Below are positions 48,178 to 58,115 of a stretch of 64,000 bases of DNA, piece by piece. The translations under genes were made by a program, and so were the position numbers. The notes beneath the pieces were generated by a model. That model ran no database searches. It was not told where the DNA came from and saw nothing but the letters and a program-made list of their open reading frames with translations. Numbering within the stretch: position 1 is the stretch's first letter; every line of letters starts with the position of its first letter. This DNA comes from Syntrophorhabdaceae bacterium (GTDB lineage Bacteria; Desulfobacterota; Syntrophorhabdia; Syntrophorhabdales; Syntrophorhabdaceae), in assembly GCA_963666485.2 (NCBI GenBank), contig CAXXUO010000004.1:192001-256000 (forward strand), read 5' to 3'.

Positions 48178-50448
48178 ATGACAATAAACCAATACCCGGG
48201 CCCCACCAATGATGGAGCGGTCTGGCAGGCGCTTATGAATGCCACTCATGAGAGCCTTGTCCTGATCGACAGCACAGGGACCGTTCTCATGTCGAACGAG
48301 ACGGGCGCCCGCAGGCTTGGCCTTACCGTGGAAGAAATGGTCGGGACATGCCTTTACGATCACTTCCCGCCGGATGTCGCCGCGACGAGAAAGAGAGAGT
48401 GGGACAAGGTCTTTTCCACGGGAAAACCCGTTCACTTCCAGGATGCGCGAAACGAAAGGCACTTCGAGCTTTTCTGCTACCCGGTACTGACGAACGGCAC
48501 GGTCGTATCCCAGGCTGCTATTTTCGCGCGTGATATAACAGACAGCAAAAATGCCGGGGAACAGCTTCGAAAAGAACGCGAAACCTTTTTTTCGACCCTG
48601 GAAAAAGCACCCTACGGGATATTCGCGAACGACCAGGAAGGCAATTTCACGGTCATAAATCCCGAAGCCACCAATATCACGGGGTATACCCGCGAAGACA
48701 CGCCGACGGGTTCCGACTGGTTTGCGAAGGCATACCCGAACAGGAACTACAGGAAGAACGTGATCGATACGTGGAAACATGACGTCACCACCCGGGGTAT
48801 TGACAGGACATTTTTCGTCCATTGCAAAGACAGGTCCGTCAAGGAGGTCGAGTTTCGCGCCGCGAAGCTGGCCGACGGCACATCGATCACCATGTTCTCG
48901 GACACAACCGAAAAGAACAGGGCAAAAAGGCAGCTTGCGAAGAGCGAGGAAAAATACCGCGGTATTTTCGAAAATGCGATAATGGGCATCTTTCAAACGA
49001 CGCCTGACGGGAGATACCTGAGCATAAACCCTGCCGGCGCCAGGATGTATGGATACGATTCAGCGAAGGAGATGATCGCTACAGTCACGGACCTTGCCCG
49101 CCAACTGTATGTTGACCCGCACGAAAGAAAGCTGTTGATGGAACTCGTCGGGAAAAACGATATCGTCGAAGGCTTCGAGGCCGAGCATTACCGCAAGGAC
49201 GGCAGCAAGATATGGACCTCGATCAACATCCGCGCCCACAGGAACCGGCAGGGAAAGATACTGAGATTCGATACGACGATCGAGGACATCACAGAACGAA
49301 AACGGCTCGAATCCCGGCTTATACAGGCAGAGAAGATGCAGGCCCTGGGCACGCTCTCGGGCGGGATCGCACACGACTTCAATAACATACTCACCGTTCT
49401 GCAAGGGTACGGTTCGCTCCTTCAGCGAAACATGGACAGATCGGACCCTCTCATCATGTACGTCGACCAGATACTTTCCGCATCCCAGAAGGCGGCAAGC
49501 CTGACCCAGAGCCTGCTCGCCTTCAGCCGGCAGCAGCCCATCACCCTAAACCCCATAAACATCGTTGAAGCTATCCAGAAGACGGAGCATTTACTGAAAA
49601 GGCTCGTCACGGACGATGTCGAGCTGAAGACGACCTATCCCGGGGAAGAGATCGTTGTACGGGCAGACCCGACCCAGATAGACCAGATACTGTTCAACCT
49701 GGCGGCGAATGCCCGGGATGCAATGAAAAACGGCGGGACACTGGCGATCGCAATAACCGCCATCGACGCGGATGCCGAATTCGCCAGGGCCCAGGGGTTC
49801 GGCGAACCCGGGATGTACGCCCTCATTTCGATATCCGACACGGGCTGCGGAATGGATGAAACGACCCGGGCAAAGATCTTCGAGCCGTTCTTTACGACGA
49901 AAGAGGTCGGCAAGGGGACGGGGCTCGGCCTGTCAACCGTCTACGGGATCGTCAAACAGCATGACGGCCATATAACGCTCACAAGCGAGCCGGGCCGGGG
50001 CACGACGTTCAATCTCTATCTTCCGGCCGTGAAGACACATGCTGCCCATACCCGTGAGGAGCCCGCCATGCCGGACCTGACAGGTTCCGAGACGGTCCTC
50101 GTCGCCGAGGACAACGAGGATGTGAGAGGACTGATAACCAGCATCCTGACCGAGCACGGATACGGGGTGATCGAGGCGCAGGACGGTACGGAGGCCATCG
50201 AGAAATTCAAGCAGAACCCCGGGATATCCCTTCTCATCCTCGATTCAGTCATGCCAAAGAAGAATGGAAGGGAAGTATACGAGAAGATAGACGGGTTAGC
50301 ACCCGGGATCAAGGTGATCTTCACCAGCGGGTACACAAAAGATATCGTCCTGGACAAGGGAATACGGGGCCGCGATCTCGAGTTCGTTGCCAAACCCTTA
50401 AAGCCCGTGGACCTGCTCCAGAAGATACGCGAAGTGCTCGACCGGTAA
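48178..50448 (+). CDS. Cytoplasmic PAS hybrid histidine kinase-receiver
   Basis: 3 PAS domains, AHDFNN, NARDAM, GTGLGL, C-terminal REC domain. Confidence 0.95.
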   Translation: MTINQYPGPTNDGAVWQALMNATHESLVLIDSTGTVLMSNETGARRLGLTVEEMVGTCLYDHFPPDVAATRKREWDKVFSTGKPVHFQDARNERHFELFCYPVLTNGTVVSQAAIFARDITDSKNAGEQLRKERETFFSTLEKAPYGIFANDQEGNFTVINPEATNITGYTREDTPTGSDWFAKAYPNRNYRKNVIDTWKHDVTTRGIDRTFFVHCKDRSVKEVEFRAAKLADGTSITMFSDTTEKNRAKRQLAKSEEKYRGIFENAIMGIFQTTPDGRYLSINPAGARMYGYDSAKEMIATVTDLARQLYVDPHERKLLMELVGKNDIVEGFEAEHYRKDGSKIWTSINIRAHRNRQGKILRFDTTIEDITERKRLESRLIQAEKMQALGTLSGGIAHDFNNILTVLQGYGSLLQRNMDRSDPLIMYVDQILSASQKAASLTQSLLAFSRQQPITLNPINIVEAIQKTEHLLKRLVTDDVELKTTYPGEEIVVRADPTQIDQILFNLAANARDAMKNGGTLAIAITAIDADAEFARAQGFGEPGMYALISISDTGCGMDETTRAKIFEPFFTTKEVGKGTGLGLSTVYGIVKQHDGHITLTSEPGRGTTFNLYLPAVKTHAAHTREEPAMPDLTGSETVLVAEDNEDVRGLITSILTEHGYGVIEAQDGTEAIEKFKQNPGISLLILDSVMPKKNGREVYEKIDGLAPGIKVIFTSGYTKDIVLDKGIRGRDLEFVAKPLKPVDLLQKIREVLDR

Positions 50449-50455
50449 CACATTC

Positions 50456-50808
50456 AAAAAACTCTCTCTCGCCCGTTCGTCGCTTGCGCTCCTCTCTAGA
50501 GTTCACAGAGCTCGCGGAGAAAGGCGGAGGCCGCGGGAGCCCGGAGCCTTACCATTGCCACCCGCCAATAGCAAGCTCGGAGGCGGGTACCCGGCTATCA
50601 GGGCGGCATCTTCGATCCTGCCTTTCGGCAGGATGGACCGCTTGGAGTATTAATTTCCTTGTATTGTTTATTTCTTTTCCTCGGCGAAGCCGACGAAAGT
50701 GCCGGCTGGTCGTGGTCGGCTCCGCGACCAGCCGGCAAAGTCTTTCCCCTTCGCAGTTCTCTGTGTTCTCTGTGAGCTCGAGCGAAGCGGGCGAGAGAGT
50801 GTTTTTTT
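50456..50808. mobile_element. MITE-like non-coding element with imperfect terminal inverted repeats
   Basis: Ends aaaaaactctctctcgcccg...cacagag and ctctgtg...cgggcgagagagtgttttt; internal hairpins at 50615-50634 and 50701-50736. Confidence 0.55.
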
Positions 50809-50849
50809 CCTCTTATCTATCTTTCACAAAGACGCATGGACGGCGGGCT

Positions 50850-51347
50850 TTATTCGTCTTCCCGGTCCGATTCGGCTCTTTCCAGGTAATCGACAAGGAC
50901 CCCCGTTGTCTGGCGCAGCCTCTGGCTCATGGAGAATGCGATCTTCTGAAGGATCTTTATCCCTATCGCGGGCTTTTCCTTAAAAAGCCTGGTCATGCTC
51001 TCCTTCGTAAGCGTGACGAGCGTCGTGTCGATCACTGCGACGGCGGTCGCTGAACGCGGGCAATTGTCGATCATCGACATCTCCCCGATCATTTTTCCCC
51101 GCCCTATCTGGGCCACGCGCCTGTCCGTCATGTGCTCGTCCTTCTTGAGTATGTTGACGCCGCCCTTGACGACGATGCACATAAAGACCTCGCGGTCGCC
51201 TTCCTTGAACACGGTCGCGCCTGTCCTTAACCTCATGGTCCCCATATACTGGGACAGTTCCATAAGCTCGGTCCAGGTGAACTCCATGCTGAGCGACGTG
51301 TCCTCAAGTAGTTCCGCCCGTTCTGAGATGGCACTTCCAATTTGCAT
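50850..51347 (-). CDS. Stand-alone cyclic-nucleotide-binding domain protein
   Basis: VFKEGD, GEMSMID..PRSATAVA. Confidence 0.92.
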   Translation of the reverse strand: MQIGSAISERAELLEDTSLSMEFTWTELMELSQYMGTMRLRTGATVFKEGDREVFMCIVVKGGVNILKKDEHMTDRRVAQIGRGKMIGEMSMIDNCPRSATAVAVIDTTLVTLTKESMTRLFKEKPAIGIKILQKIAFSMSQRLRQTTGVLVDYLERAESDREDE

Positions 51348-51450
51348 ACAGTCCTGTCCTTACATCGTTTTATCGGCACTTTTCTCCTGACATAAAGAAG
51401 AAATAGTAACCCAAAGAATTAAGGGACAGACCGCGACCCGCGGAAGAGAC

Positions 51451-52119
51451 CTACTTGTGGTGCTGGCGGTTTGCTATGTGCAGGCCGACAAGCCGGGCAA
51501 CAAAGATGGCCATGTAAAGCTGCCCGACAAGCGCCTGCAGCATGGAAAATACGCGCACAGGATAGGACCTGGGCAGGATATCGCCAAAACCGACGGTTGT
51601 CATCGTGACGATGCTGTAATAGAGAAAATCCGCCTGGTGCCCCTCACCCGTGGTGAACACGAAGGAATGTGGGTCCATGACCCAAAAAAAATAGTAGACC
51701 AGCTGCCACCAGTTCGCCATCAGGATATACACAGAAATGCCGCCCTTTATAGTGTCGCCGGTGACCGTCCTTTCCGAAAAAATGCGTCTGATCATAAAAA
51801 TGACGATGACCCCGATCATAAGCAAATAAACGGTCATGGCAACGATACCGAGGAGCCGGCTGTTCAGCTCAAAGAGCGCGAGATAATGACACAGAAGCGC
51901 CAGGAATGCGCCTGCCATGTATGCGATCAACAAATAACGGGGTGCGTTGAGGATCCTGAGCATGATCAGATAGACGACCAGGGACACAAACGACGCCGAT
52001 ATCGAATAGATCATGAAATTTTGGATGCTCACTATCGACAGGAGCAAGAGCGATACGAGGAAGAACAGGAGCAGGGAGTATTTGTTCTCGATTATTCGTT
52101 CAACACGTTCCCTGTCCAA
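51451..52119 (-). CDS. Potassium channel family membrane protein
   Basis: Multi-TM; pore motif YYSIVTMTTVGFGD. Confidence 0.88.
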   Translation of the reverse strand: MDRERVERIIENKYSLLLFFLVSLLLLSIVSIQNFMIYSISASFVSLVVYLIMLRILNAPRYLLIAYMAGAFLALLCHYLALFELNSRLLGIVAMTVYLLMIGVIVIFMIRRIFSERTVTGDTIKGGISVYILMANWWQLVYYFFWVMDPHSFVFTTGEGHQADFLYYSIVTMTTVGFGDILPRSYPVRVFSMLQALVGQLYMAIFVARLVGLHIANRQHHK

Positions 52120-52258
52120 TCATGCCTCCCGGGGTATTCCGCGCCTCAGGCCTCCGGGCGGTAATTATGTTCCGGATGATCTTTTATTGTGCCGAAGATT
52201 AAGGCAATTTACAAGAGAGAAAAGAAAAAGTGCGGCCCTCTGCAAGGCCGGGAAACCC

Positions 52259-52951
52259 TTATTTGGAAACTGGCGGCATCCGTTTTTTGTGCAGGCGTTT
52301 ACGTTCCCCGGGCTTTACGGGCCTCATGTCCAGCTTTTCCCTTTCGGCCCGGGAACAATCAGGGCAAAGGCCATGGCTGAATACCGCTTCACTATGTTTG
52401 CTGAGATACACTTCCAGCTGGTCCCAATACCCCTTGTCATCCCGTATCCTTTTACACCATGCACATATAGGGATAAGTCCTCTCAAGGTCTTGATCTCAT
52501 CCATCGCGCGCTTGAGTTCCTCGATGATAACGGCCTGATCCTTCTGCGTCTGGATCAACCTTTCCTCGGTTCGTTTTATACGCTCCATCGCCTGTATGCG
52601 GGCAAGGAACTCCTTTCTCGACAACGGCTTGATCAGGTAGCCGTCCGCGCCGACGGACAACCCCTCCGCCTGGTTGTCCGGCGACACCTGGATCCCCGAC
52701 ATGAGGATCACAAAAGGACCCTGAATCTCCGAGTCAGTTTTAATTATCCTGCAAACCTCGATGCCCGTCATATCGGGCAGAACAACGTCGAGAAGAACGA
52801 GGTCGGGATGGTACTGCCGCACTTTCTCCAGACATTCCTTCCCGGTAGCCGCCTCGTAAACGTCGTACCCTGCGTTGCGCAAAGCGGTCGAATTTATTTC
52901 GAGTATATCAGGATCGTCATCGGTAACGAGTATCTTGAATTTATCGTTCAC
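52259..52951 (-). CDS. Response regulator with C-terminal CxxC...CxxC domain
   Basis: REC domain (DDD, LLD, KP), coiled coil, ICAWCKRIR...SHGLCPDC; GTG start inferred. Confidence 0.88.
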   Translation of the reverse strand: MNDKFKILVTDDDPDILEINSTALRNAGYDVYEAATGKECLEKVRQYHPDLVLLDVVLPDMTGIEVCRIIKTDSEIQGPFVILMSGIQVSPDNQAEGLSVGADGYLIKPLSRKEFLARIQAMERIKRTEERLIQTQKDQAVIIEELKRAMDEIKTLRGLIPICAWCKRIRDDKGYWDQLEVYLSKHSEAVFSHGLCPDCSRAEREKLDMRPVKPGERKRLHKKRMPPVSK

Positions 52952-53060
52952 GGATAGAGAGGCCCTCGTAATCGCACGAATAGCATGTCTTAAATATTTT
53001 AACGTGATTTGCGGGAAATTCAAGACAGGCCACCTGTAAGCCCTTGCATTAAGACGTATA

Positions 53061-53099
53061 TTTGATATTTACTTTTTTCAACCTTTGATATTTACTTTT
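53061..53099 (+). promoter_or_regulatory. 16-bp perfect direct repeat, candidate operator
   Basis: TTTGATATTTACTTTT at 53061 and 53084, between divergent genes. Confidence 0.55.
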
Positions 53100-53122
53100 A
53101 CATTTTCAGTACGGAGGTAGTC

Positions 53123-53638
53123 ATGAACATCGGCATTCTCGAGCATATGGAGGCCCCCGAGCTCCGCGAATATTTACGGTTCCTCCTGTGGCATTACCGT
53201 GTGGTCGACGGCTTCTGGTTCCTGTGTGTCGAGGAAAATTACGGCCGGAAAGTGGCGGAACATTTCGATGAGGTCGTCTGGGGCAAGATAGCCGGAATGT
53301 CGGCCAAAGACCTCGTCAAGAGATTCAACATCCAAGAGAAAGGGCTTAAAGGGCTGGTCAAGGCCTTCCAGTACCTCCCCTGGACAATGATCGTCGGATA
53401 CCACGTCAGCGAACAGGGAGAGGACGAGGTGCTCGTCACCGTGCCCGAGTGCCCGACCCAGGTGGCGCGCGTGAAGCACGGCCTGCCGGAATTTCACTGC
53501 CAGGACATGCACCAGACGGAATTCGAATCTTTCGCCCACGCCATCGATCCCGACATACGGGTGGAATGCCTCCTCGCCCCGCCCGACCACCCGCCCGACC
53601 TTTTCTGCAAGTGGCGGTTTACGATGAAGAACGGCTGA
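53123..53638 (+). CDS. DUF6125-like protein
   Basis: VDGFWF, VW, CPTQ.AR, C...H..EF..FA..IDP.I.VEC, C.W.F pattern. Confidence 0.75.
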   Translation: MNIGILEHMEAPELREYLRFLLWHYRVVDGFWFLCVEENYGRKVAEHFDEVVWGKIAGMSAKDLVKRFNIQEKGLKGLVKAFQYLPWTMIVGYHVSEQGEDEVLVTVPECPTQVARVKHGLPEFHCQDMHQTEFESFAHAIDPDIRVECLLAPPDHPPDLFCKWRFTMKNG

Positions 53639-53648
53639 CCCTGGTGAT

Positions 53649-55160
53649 ATGACGAGATCTCTGCCCATCCTTTTCCTGTTCCTGGCCTTCCATGCGTCCG
53701 CATTGGCCCAGCCGGCACGTTTCGACACCCTCGCCGGCATGTCCGCGAAAGAGGCGCCCGCCCGGGAAACCGCACAGATGCTGCGCGATGAACTTCTTTT
53801 CCAGCGTGCGACGCAGGTCTATCTCTGGGCGATGCCGCTCATCAATACCCTTGGGATGAAGAACGGTTCCGAGAAGGCCTTCGGGGCCGGTTACAACGTC
53901 CTGCCCGTCTGGAAAAAAAGGCTCGATGCCAGGACCCTCATCACCACCCCCAATTCCGATCTTATCTACGCCCTTAGCTACCTTGATCCCGGCAGGGACG
54001 GTCCCCTCGTATTCGAGGCCCCGCCGGGCCTGCAGGGGGTCCTTCTCGACATATGGCAGCGCCCGATCCCCTGTGACGGGGGCGTGTTCTTCGGCGATAT
54101 CGGGCGTGTCGGCCCCGACGCGGGAAGAGGCGGCAAATTCCTGCTGCTGCCGCCGGGGTATGCAGGGGCGGTCCCGGAAGGTTATTACGTCTACAGGCCG
54201 CAGACCAACAATGTCTTCGTCTTCCTCCGCCTGTTCTACGAAGACCCGGGAAACCTTGCGCCGGCCGCCGCCCTGGTCGAAAAAACACGGATATACCCCC
54301 TGGGCGCCGGGGAAAAGGCAAAACCGATGGTGTTCCCCGATGCGTCGGGTGTTCCGGTCAACATGCTGCCCCGCAGTGACGGTGCCGTTTTCGATGATCT
54401 CAAGAAGCTCGTGGACACCGAGGTCGCAAATATCGCCGATCCCGACTGGCTCGGCATGCTCGCCGCCATAGGCATTGTCAAAGGCGTGCCCTTTGACCCT
54501 GATGCACGGACCCGGGCCATCCTCGACCGCGCGGCAAGGACCGGGTACAGGATGAGCCGTGTCATCGGGTTTGACAGGATCGTCACGGGCCGGTCATTAC
54601 GGGTATACCCGGACCGCCGCTGGGTAAATCCCATGGCGGACGCGTCACCCGGGAAACCCTACGGCGCCTTCACCGGGCTTGGCGGGATTAGGGACGGGGG
54701 ATACCTCGACCACGATATGCGCATATGGTATTTTACGAACTATTTCTCGGTGAGCCCCGGAATGGTCTCCCAGGTCCCGGGAACCGGTGCCCGGTATATG
54801 ATAAGCCTCACGGACGCCGATGGGGCGCCCCTTTCCGGCAGCGCCGGTTATTCACTGACTCTGCCGCGCGACATTCCTGCCGCCCACTTCTGGTCGGTCA
54901 CCCTTTACGATGCCGGGAGCGGTTCCGGCCTTGCGAACGGCCAGCCCTTCCCTTCCCTCGGGTCCCGCGACCGCCCCTTGCGCAACGCCGACGGCAGCAC
55001 CGACCTCTACCTCGCTCCGAAGCCGCCTGACGGCAAGAAATCAAACTGGCTCGCCACCGTGCCCGGGAAAAACTACTTCGTCGTCCTGCGCCTCTACGGA
55101 CCGACCGAAGCCGCCATCAACAAAACCTGGAAACCCGGCGATATAAAATTAATAAAGTAA
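53649..55160 (+). CDS. Exported DUF1254/DUF1214 domain protein
   Basis: Signal peptide, TPNSDLIY, D.GRGGKFL, FWSVTLYD, NWL, LRLYGP. Confidence 0.88.
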   Translation: MTRSLPILFLFLAFHASALAQPARFDTLAGMSAKEAPARETAQMLRDELLFQRATQVYLWAMPLINTLGMKNGSEKAFGAGYNVLPVWKKRLDARTLITTPNSDLIYALSYLDPGRDGPLVFEAPPGLQGVLLDIWQRPIPCDGGVFFGDIGRVGPDAGRGGKFLLLPPGYAGAVPEGYYVYRPQTNNVFVFLRLFYEDPGNLAPAAALVEKTRIYPLGAGEKAKPMVFPDASGVPVNMLPRSDGAVFDDLKKLVDTEVANIADPDWLGMLAAIGIVKGVPFDPDARTRAILDRAARTGYRMSRVIGFDRIVTGRSLRVYPDRRWVNPMADASPGKPYGAFTGLGGIRDGGYLDHDMRIWYFTNYFSVSPGMVSQVPGTGARYMISLTDADGAPLSGSAGYSLTLPRDIPAAHFWSVTLYDAGSGSGLANGQPFPSLGSRDRPLRNADGSTDLYLAPKPPDGKKSNWLATVPGKNYFVVLRLYGPTEAAINKTWKPGDIKLIK

Positions 55161-55180
55161 AAACGTGGATGTACCGTTTC

Positions 55181-55243
55181 TTACGCCTTTAGCCTTTAGC
55201 CTTTCGCCTTTCGCCGTCAGCCGTACGCCGTACGCCGTACGCC
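55181..55243. repeat. Degenerate heptamer tandem array (K T H M G C C)x9
   Basis: ttacgcc tttagcc tttagcc tttcgcc tttcgcc gtcagcc gtacgcc gtacgcc gtacgcc, between convergent genes. Confidence 0.88.
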
Positions 55244-55249
55244 GTTCTT

Positions 55250-56266
55250 TTAAAACCTTATCGCCAGCCCTCCCATAACCACGTCCGCGTCACGGTCGTT
55301 ATCGGTTATGATGCGATGAAGTATCAGGCGGAGGCCGACATGCGGCGTGAACCGCACGGCCCCGGTGAGTGACATTGCTCCCAAAACTGCATCCCGATTG
55401 CTGTCCCCGTTGTCCCCGCTGTACCTGTCGTGTGAAAAATAGGGACCCGCGCCGATACCCAGTGCGATGCAGTCATGGAAGAACTCCCGTGCGAGCCATA
55501 CCTCCGTCAGAATGCCATAACGGCCTACCGGCCTCTCGTTTCCCTCATGGAGATAGCCGATCGACCAATCCAGGTAACGGAATAGTTTTCTCCTGTACTC
55601 AACTGCCACCGGTGTAGACTCGCTATGGTCTATATTCAATGTCGTCCTTCCGATGTAGACATCGATCTCATTCTTTCCCGCGGTGAACGCATCCGAAGCT
55701 GATGTCTTTTCATCGCTGAGGAGGTAACCAACGCTGAACGTCAACCCGAGTGTGTCGAATTGATTGGAGGCATAAATATAATCCGCCCGCGTCTGCAGGA
55801 TGACAGGGCTCAAACCGTACCACGTCGCCGCGATGCTCCCCACCGCTCCGACACCGTGTTTGATCTCTTTTTGATCATTTTCTCCGATCCTTGTGTCGGC
55901 GTACAGGTACGGTCCCGCCCCTGCCGCCATGGACAAGCGCGACTTTAACGGGGAGGTCCGCACCCATAACTGCGGGGTCAGCCCATCCCGCGCGTGATCG
56001 GGCACGTGCCCCTCGTTCAGATAGGTGATACTGAACATTGTGTTATCTGTAATTGCCTGTGAATACCCCCCGGCAGACCAATACGCGTGGGTAGTGCTGC
56101 TGCCCGTCGTGACGTCACGGCCGACACCGCCGCCCACGTAAAATATCTCCTCAGCCAAACAGGGGCCGGCCGGAAAGAGGACAATGAAGAGAAATGCTGT
56201 GATCAATCTGTGGAATGTGTGCACAAATACAAGGCTAATGCAGGGGTTGGGGCATTTCTGTAGCAA
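55250..56266 (-). CDS. Putative outer-membrane beta-barrel protein with internal duplication
   Basis: Signal-like segment, amphipathic strands, YLNEGH/YLHEGN and GAGPY each twice, terminal Phe; start uncertain. Confidence 0.65.
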   Translation of the reverse strand: MLQKCPNPCISLVFVHTFHRLITAFLFIVLFPAGPCLAEEIFYVGGGVGRDVTTGSSTTHAYWSAGGYSQAITDNTMFSITYLNEGHVPDHARDGLTPQLWVRTSPLKSRLSMAAGAGPYLYADTRIGENDQKEIKHGVGAVGSIAATWYGLSPVILQTRADYIYASNQFDTLGLTFSVGYLLSDEKTSASDAFTAGKNEIDVYIGRTTLNIDHSESTPVAVEYRRKLFRYLDWSIGYLHEGNERPVGRYGILTEVWLAREFFHDCIALGIGAGPYFSHDRYSGDNGDSNRDAVLGAMSLTGAVRFTPHVGLRLILHRIITDNDRDADVVMGGLAIRF

Positions 56267-56306
56267 AAACTACGATAATGCTGTCGTGAAAAATAATGAC
56301 AAAAGA

Positions 56307-56518
56307 GGGTTCAAGGTTCAAGGTTCAATGAAAGAAAAAAACAAAACCTTGGATCCCGGTGTCAAGCACCGGGATGACGGTAGAGAGTATGGGCCCCGGT
56401 GTCAAGGCACTGCAATTACCTCGCCCCGTCATCCCGGCGAAAGCCGGGATCCAGTGTCTTTTGCTTTTGGTTTACTTAGGGGAGCTTTGAACTTTGAACC
56501 TTGAACCTTGAACCATTT
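56307..56518. repeat. GTTCAAG heptamer-bracketed cassette containing REP-like palindromes
   Basis: (GTTCAAG)x3 ... (TTGAACY)x4 enclosing ggatcccggtgtcaagcaccgggatgacg and cgtcatcccggcgaaagccgggatccag. Confidence 0.88.
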
Positions 56519-56519
56519 T

Positions 56520-57533
56520 TTACGGTTTTCTTGCCTCTACCAGCCCATCCATCCTGTCACCGGTCCGCAACAGCCGTACGTTCCTGAACCCGGCCGCATG
56601 CAGATCTTTCTTTATCTCTTTGAACGTGTACGTATTCCCGCCCCGCGTGTTGACGAGCATGTTTATGGCAAAAAGGGTCCCGGGAACGGGAGTCGTCCGG
56701 TCCTCTTTCATAACATGGTCACGGATGAGTATTTTCCCGCCGGGAAGAAGGGCATTCAATGCCTTGCGGTAAAGCTCGACATTTTCCCGGGAATCATTCT
56801 GGTGAATGATGGCCGACAGCAGGACGAGATCATGACCGCCGGGCAGGTCATCCTTGTAGAAATCACCTGCCGCCAAAGAGACGCGGCCGGTGAGGCCCTC
56901 CTTTTCCATCCGTGCACGGGCCATGGGGATGACGCCATCTCGGTCGAAGATGGTCGCTTGCAGTGACGGGTATTTCCGAAGAAAGGCTATCGTGTACGTT
57001 CCCGATGCGCCCCCGACATCCAGCAGTTTCTTACAGGGCCCGGCGTCATATGCGCCGACCAGTTCCTCTGAAAGGTCCCTGCCCACAACGTCCATAGCGC
57101 CGATGAAGGCCTCGAGCGCCGCGGGTTCCATATGGTCCTCGTGCTTGCGTTTACCCCGCATTCCTTTCCTTACCATGGAAGAAAGGTCGCCCCACGCATC
57201 CCAGACCCTGTTCATATGGAGCACCATGGGCAGGACGGATCCCGGGTGTTTGGACGACAGAAGTTCCCCCTTTTCGGTCAAAGAGTACATGCCGTCCTTT
57301 TTTCCGAGAAATCCGAGGCCGGCCAGTGCATCGAGCAATCTTTCGAGGGACCGCCTGTTGAAACCCGTTTGTTTGACCAACCCCGACAGTGTCGCGGGGG
57401 AACCGTCGAGATGCGTGAAGATATCGATCTCGGAACCGGTAAGAATGACCCTGCTCTTCATGAAACCGGTAATGTCGGACAGTAAAGCTGCGTGAGGCCC
57501 GTGATTTATCATGATTCTTCCTTTTATTGTCAC
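56520..57533 (-). CDS. SAM-dependent methyltransferase family 2 with dimerisation domain
   Basis: N-terminal wHTH, LDVGGASG, GDFY, SAIIH, L.PGG. Confidence 0.9.
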   Translation of the reverse strand: MTIKGRIMINHGPHAALLSDITGFMKSRVILTGSEIDIFTHLDGSPATLSGLVKQTGFNRRSLERLLDALAGLGFLGKKDGMYSLTEKGELLSSKHPGSVLPMVLHMNRVWDAWGDLSSMVRKGMRGKRKHEDHMEPAALEAFIGAMDVVGRDLSEELVGAYDAGPCKKLLDVGGASGTYTIAFLRKYPSLQATIFDRDGVIPMARARMEKEGLTGRVSLAAGDFYKDDLPGGHDLVLLSAIIHQNDSRENVELYRKALNALLPGGKILIRDHVMKEDRTTPVPGTLFAINMLVNTRGGNTYTFKEIKKDLHAAGFRNVRLLRTGDRMDGLVEARKP

Positions 57534-57563
57534 ATTTCGCCGAGATATGCCCGGCGGCTTGAA

Positions 57564-58085
57564 CTAGCTCTGTCCCTGGTATATCGCCTTGAACTCTTCG
57601 ACAAGAAGAATGTTCAGGATGTCACGGACATTTTCGGGCGGCTGGCCATAAAAATGAAACTTCCCGTCGTTCGCCAGGAGACTGTACGTATGCTTTTTTA
57701 CAGGATCATACAGGATGATTATCTGGCTTGCATCACACAGATGCGGCTTGCACGAGACGATCAGCACGAACTGCTGCTTGAACGCCTGGATCATCCTGTT
57801 CTTGTTCGCCGCTGTACCGGTGAGCAGCCGGACCCATTCCTCGAACTTCCCTTCACGGGTCATTGCGGCGAACGATCTTTCGAATTCCTCCACCTTGAGC
57901 GTTTCCCAGGGGTACACGTCGTATTTCTTGTACTGGTCCGGAAAGGCGACGTATTCGATGACGACCTTGTTCTTGCCCTTCTTCGGCGCCGGGGCCTTGC
58001 CCTGTGACCCGGCAAGGTCAAAGCTGCCCGAAACGAGCAAGAATGCGACGATCGTGGCCAGGACAACGACTATCTTCTGTTTCAT
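57564..58085 (-). CDS. Ivy-family lysozyme / lytic transglycosylase inhibitor
   Basis: Signal peptide, CKPHLC loop (canonical CKPHDC), F.GQP. Confidence 0.75.
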   Translation of the reverse strand: MKQKIVVVLATIVAFLLVSGSFDLAGSQGKAPAPKKGKNKVVIEYVAFPDQYKKYDVYPWETLKVEEFERSFAAMTREGKFEEWVRLLTGTAANKNRMIQAFKQQFVLIVSCKPHLCDASQIIILYDPVKKHTYSLLANDGKFHFYGQPPENVRDILNILLVEEFKAIYQGQS

Positions 58086-58115
58086 TACCGCCCCTTTTCC
58101 GGATGACTGTGGCCG

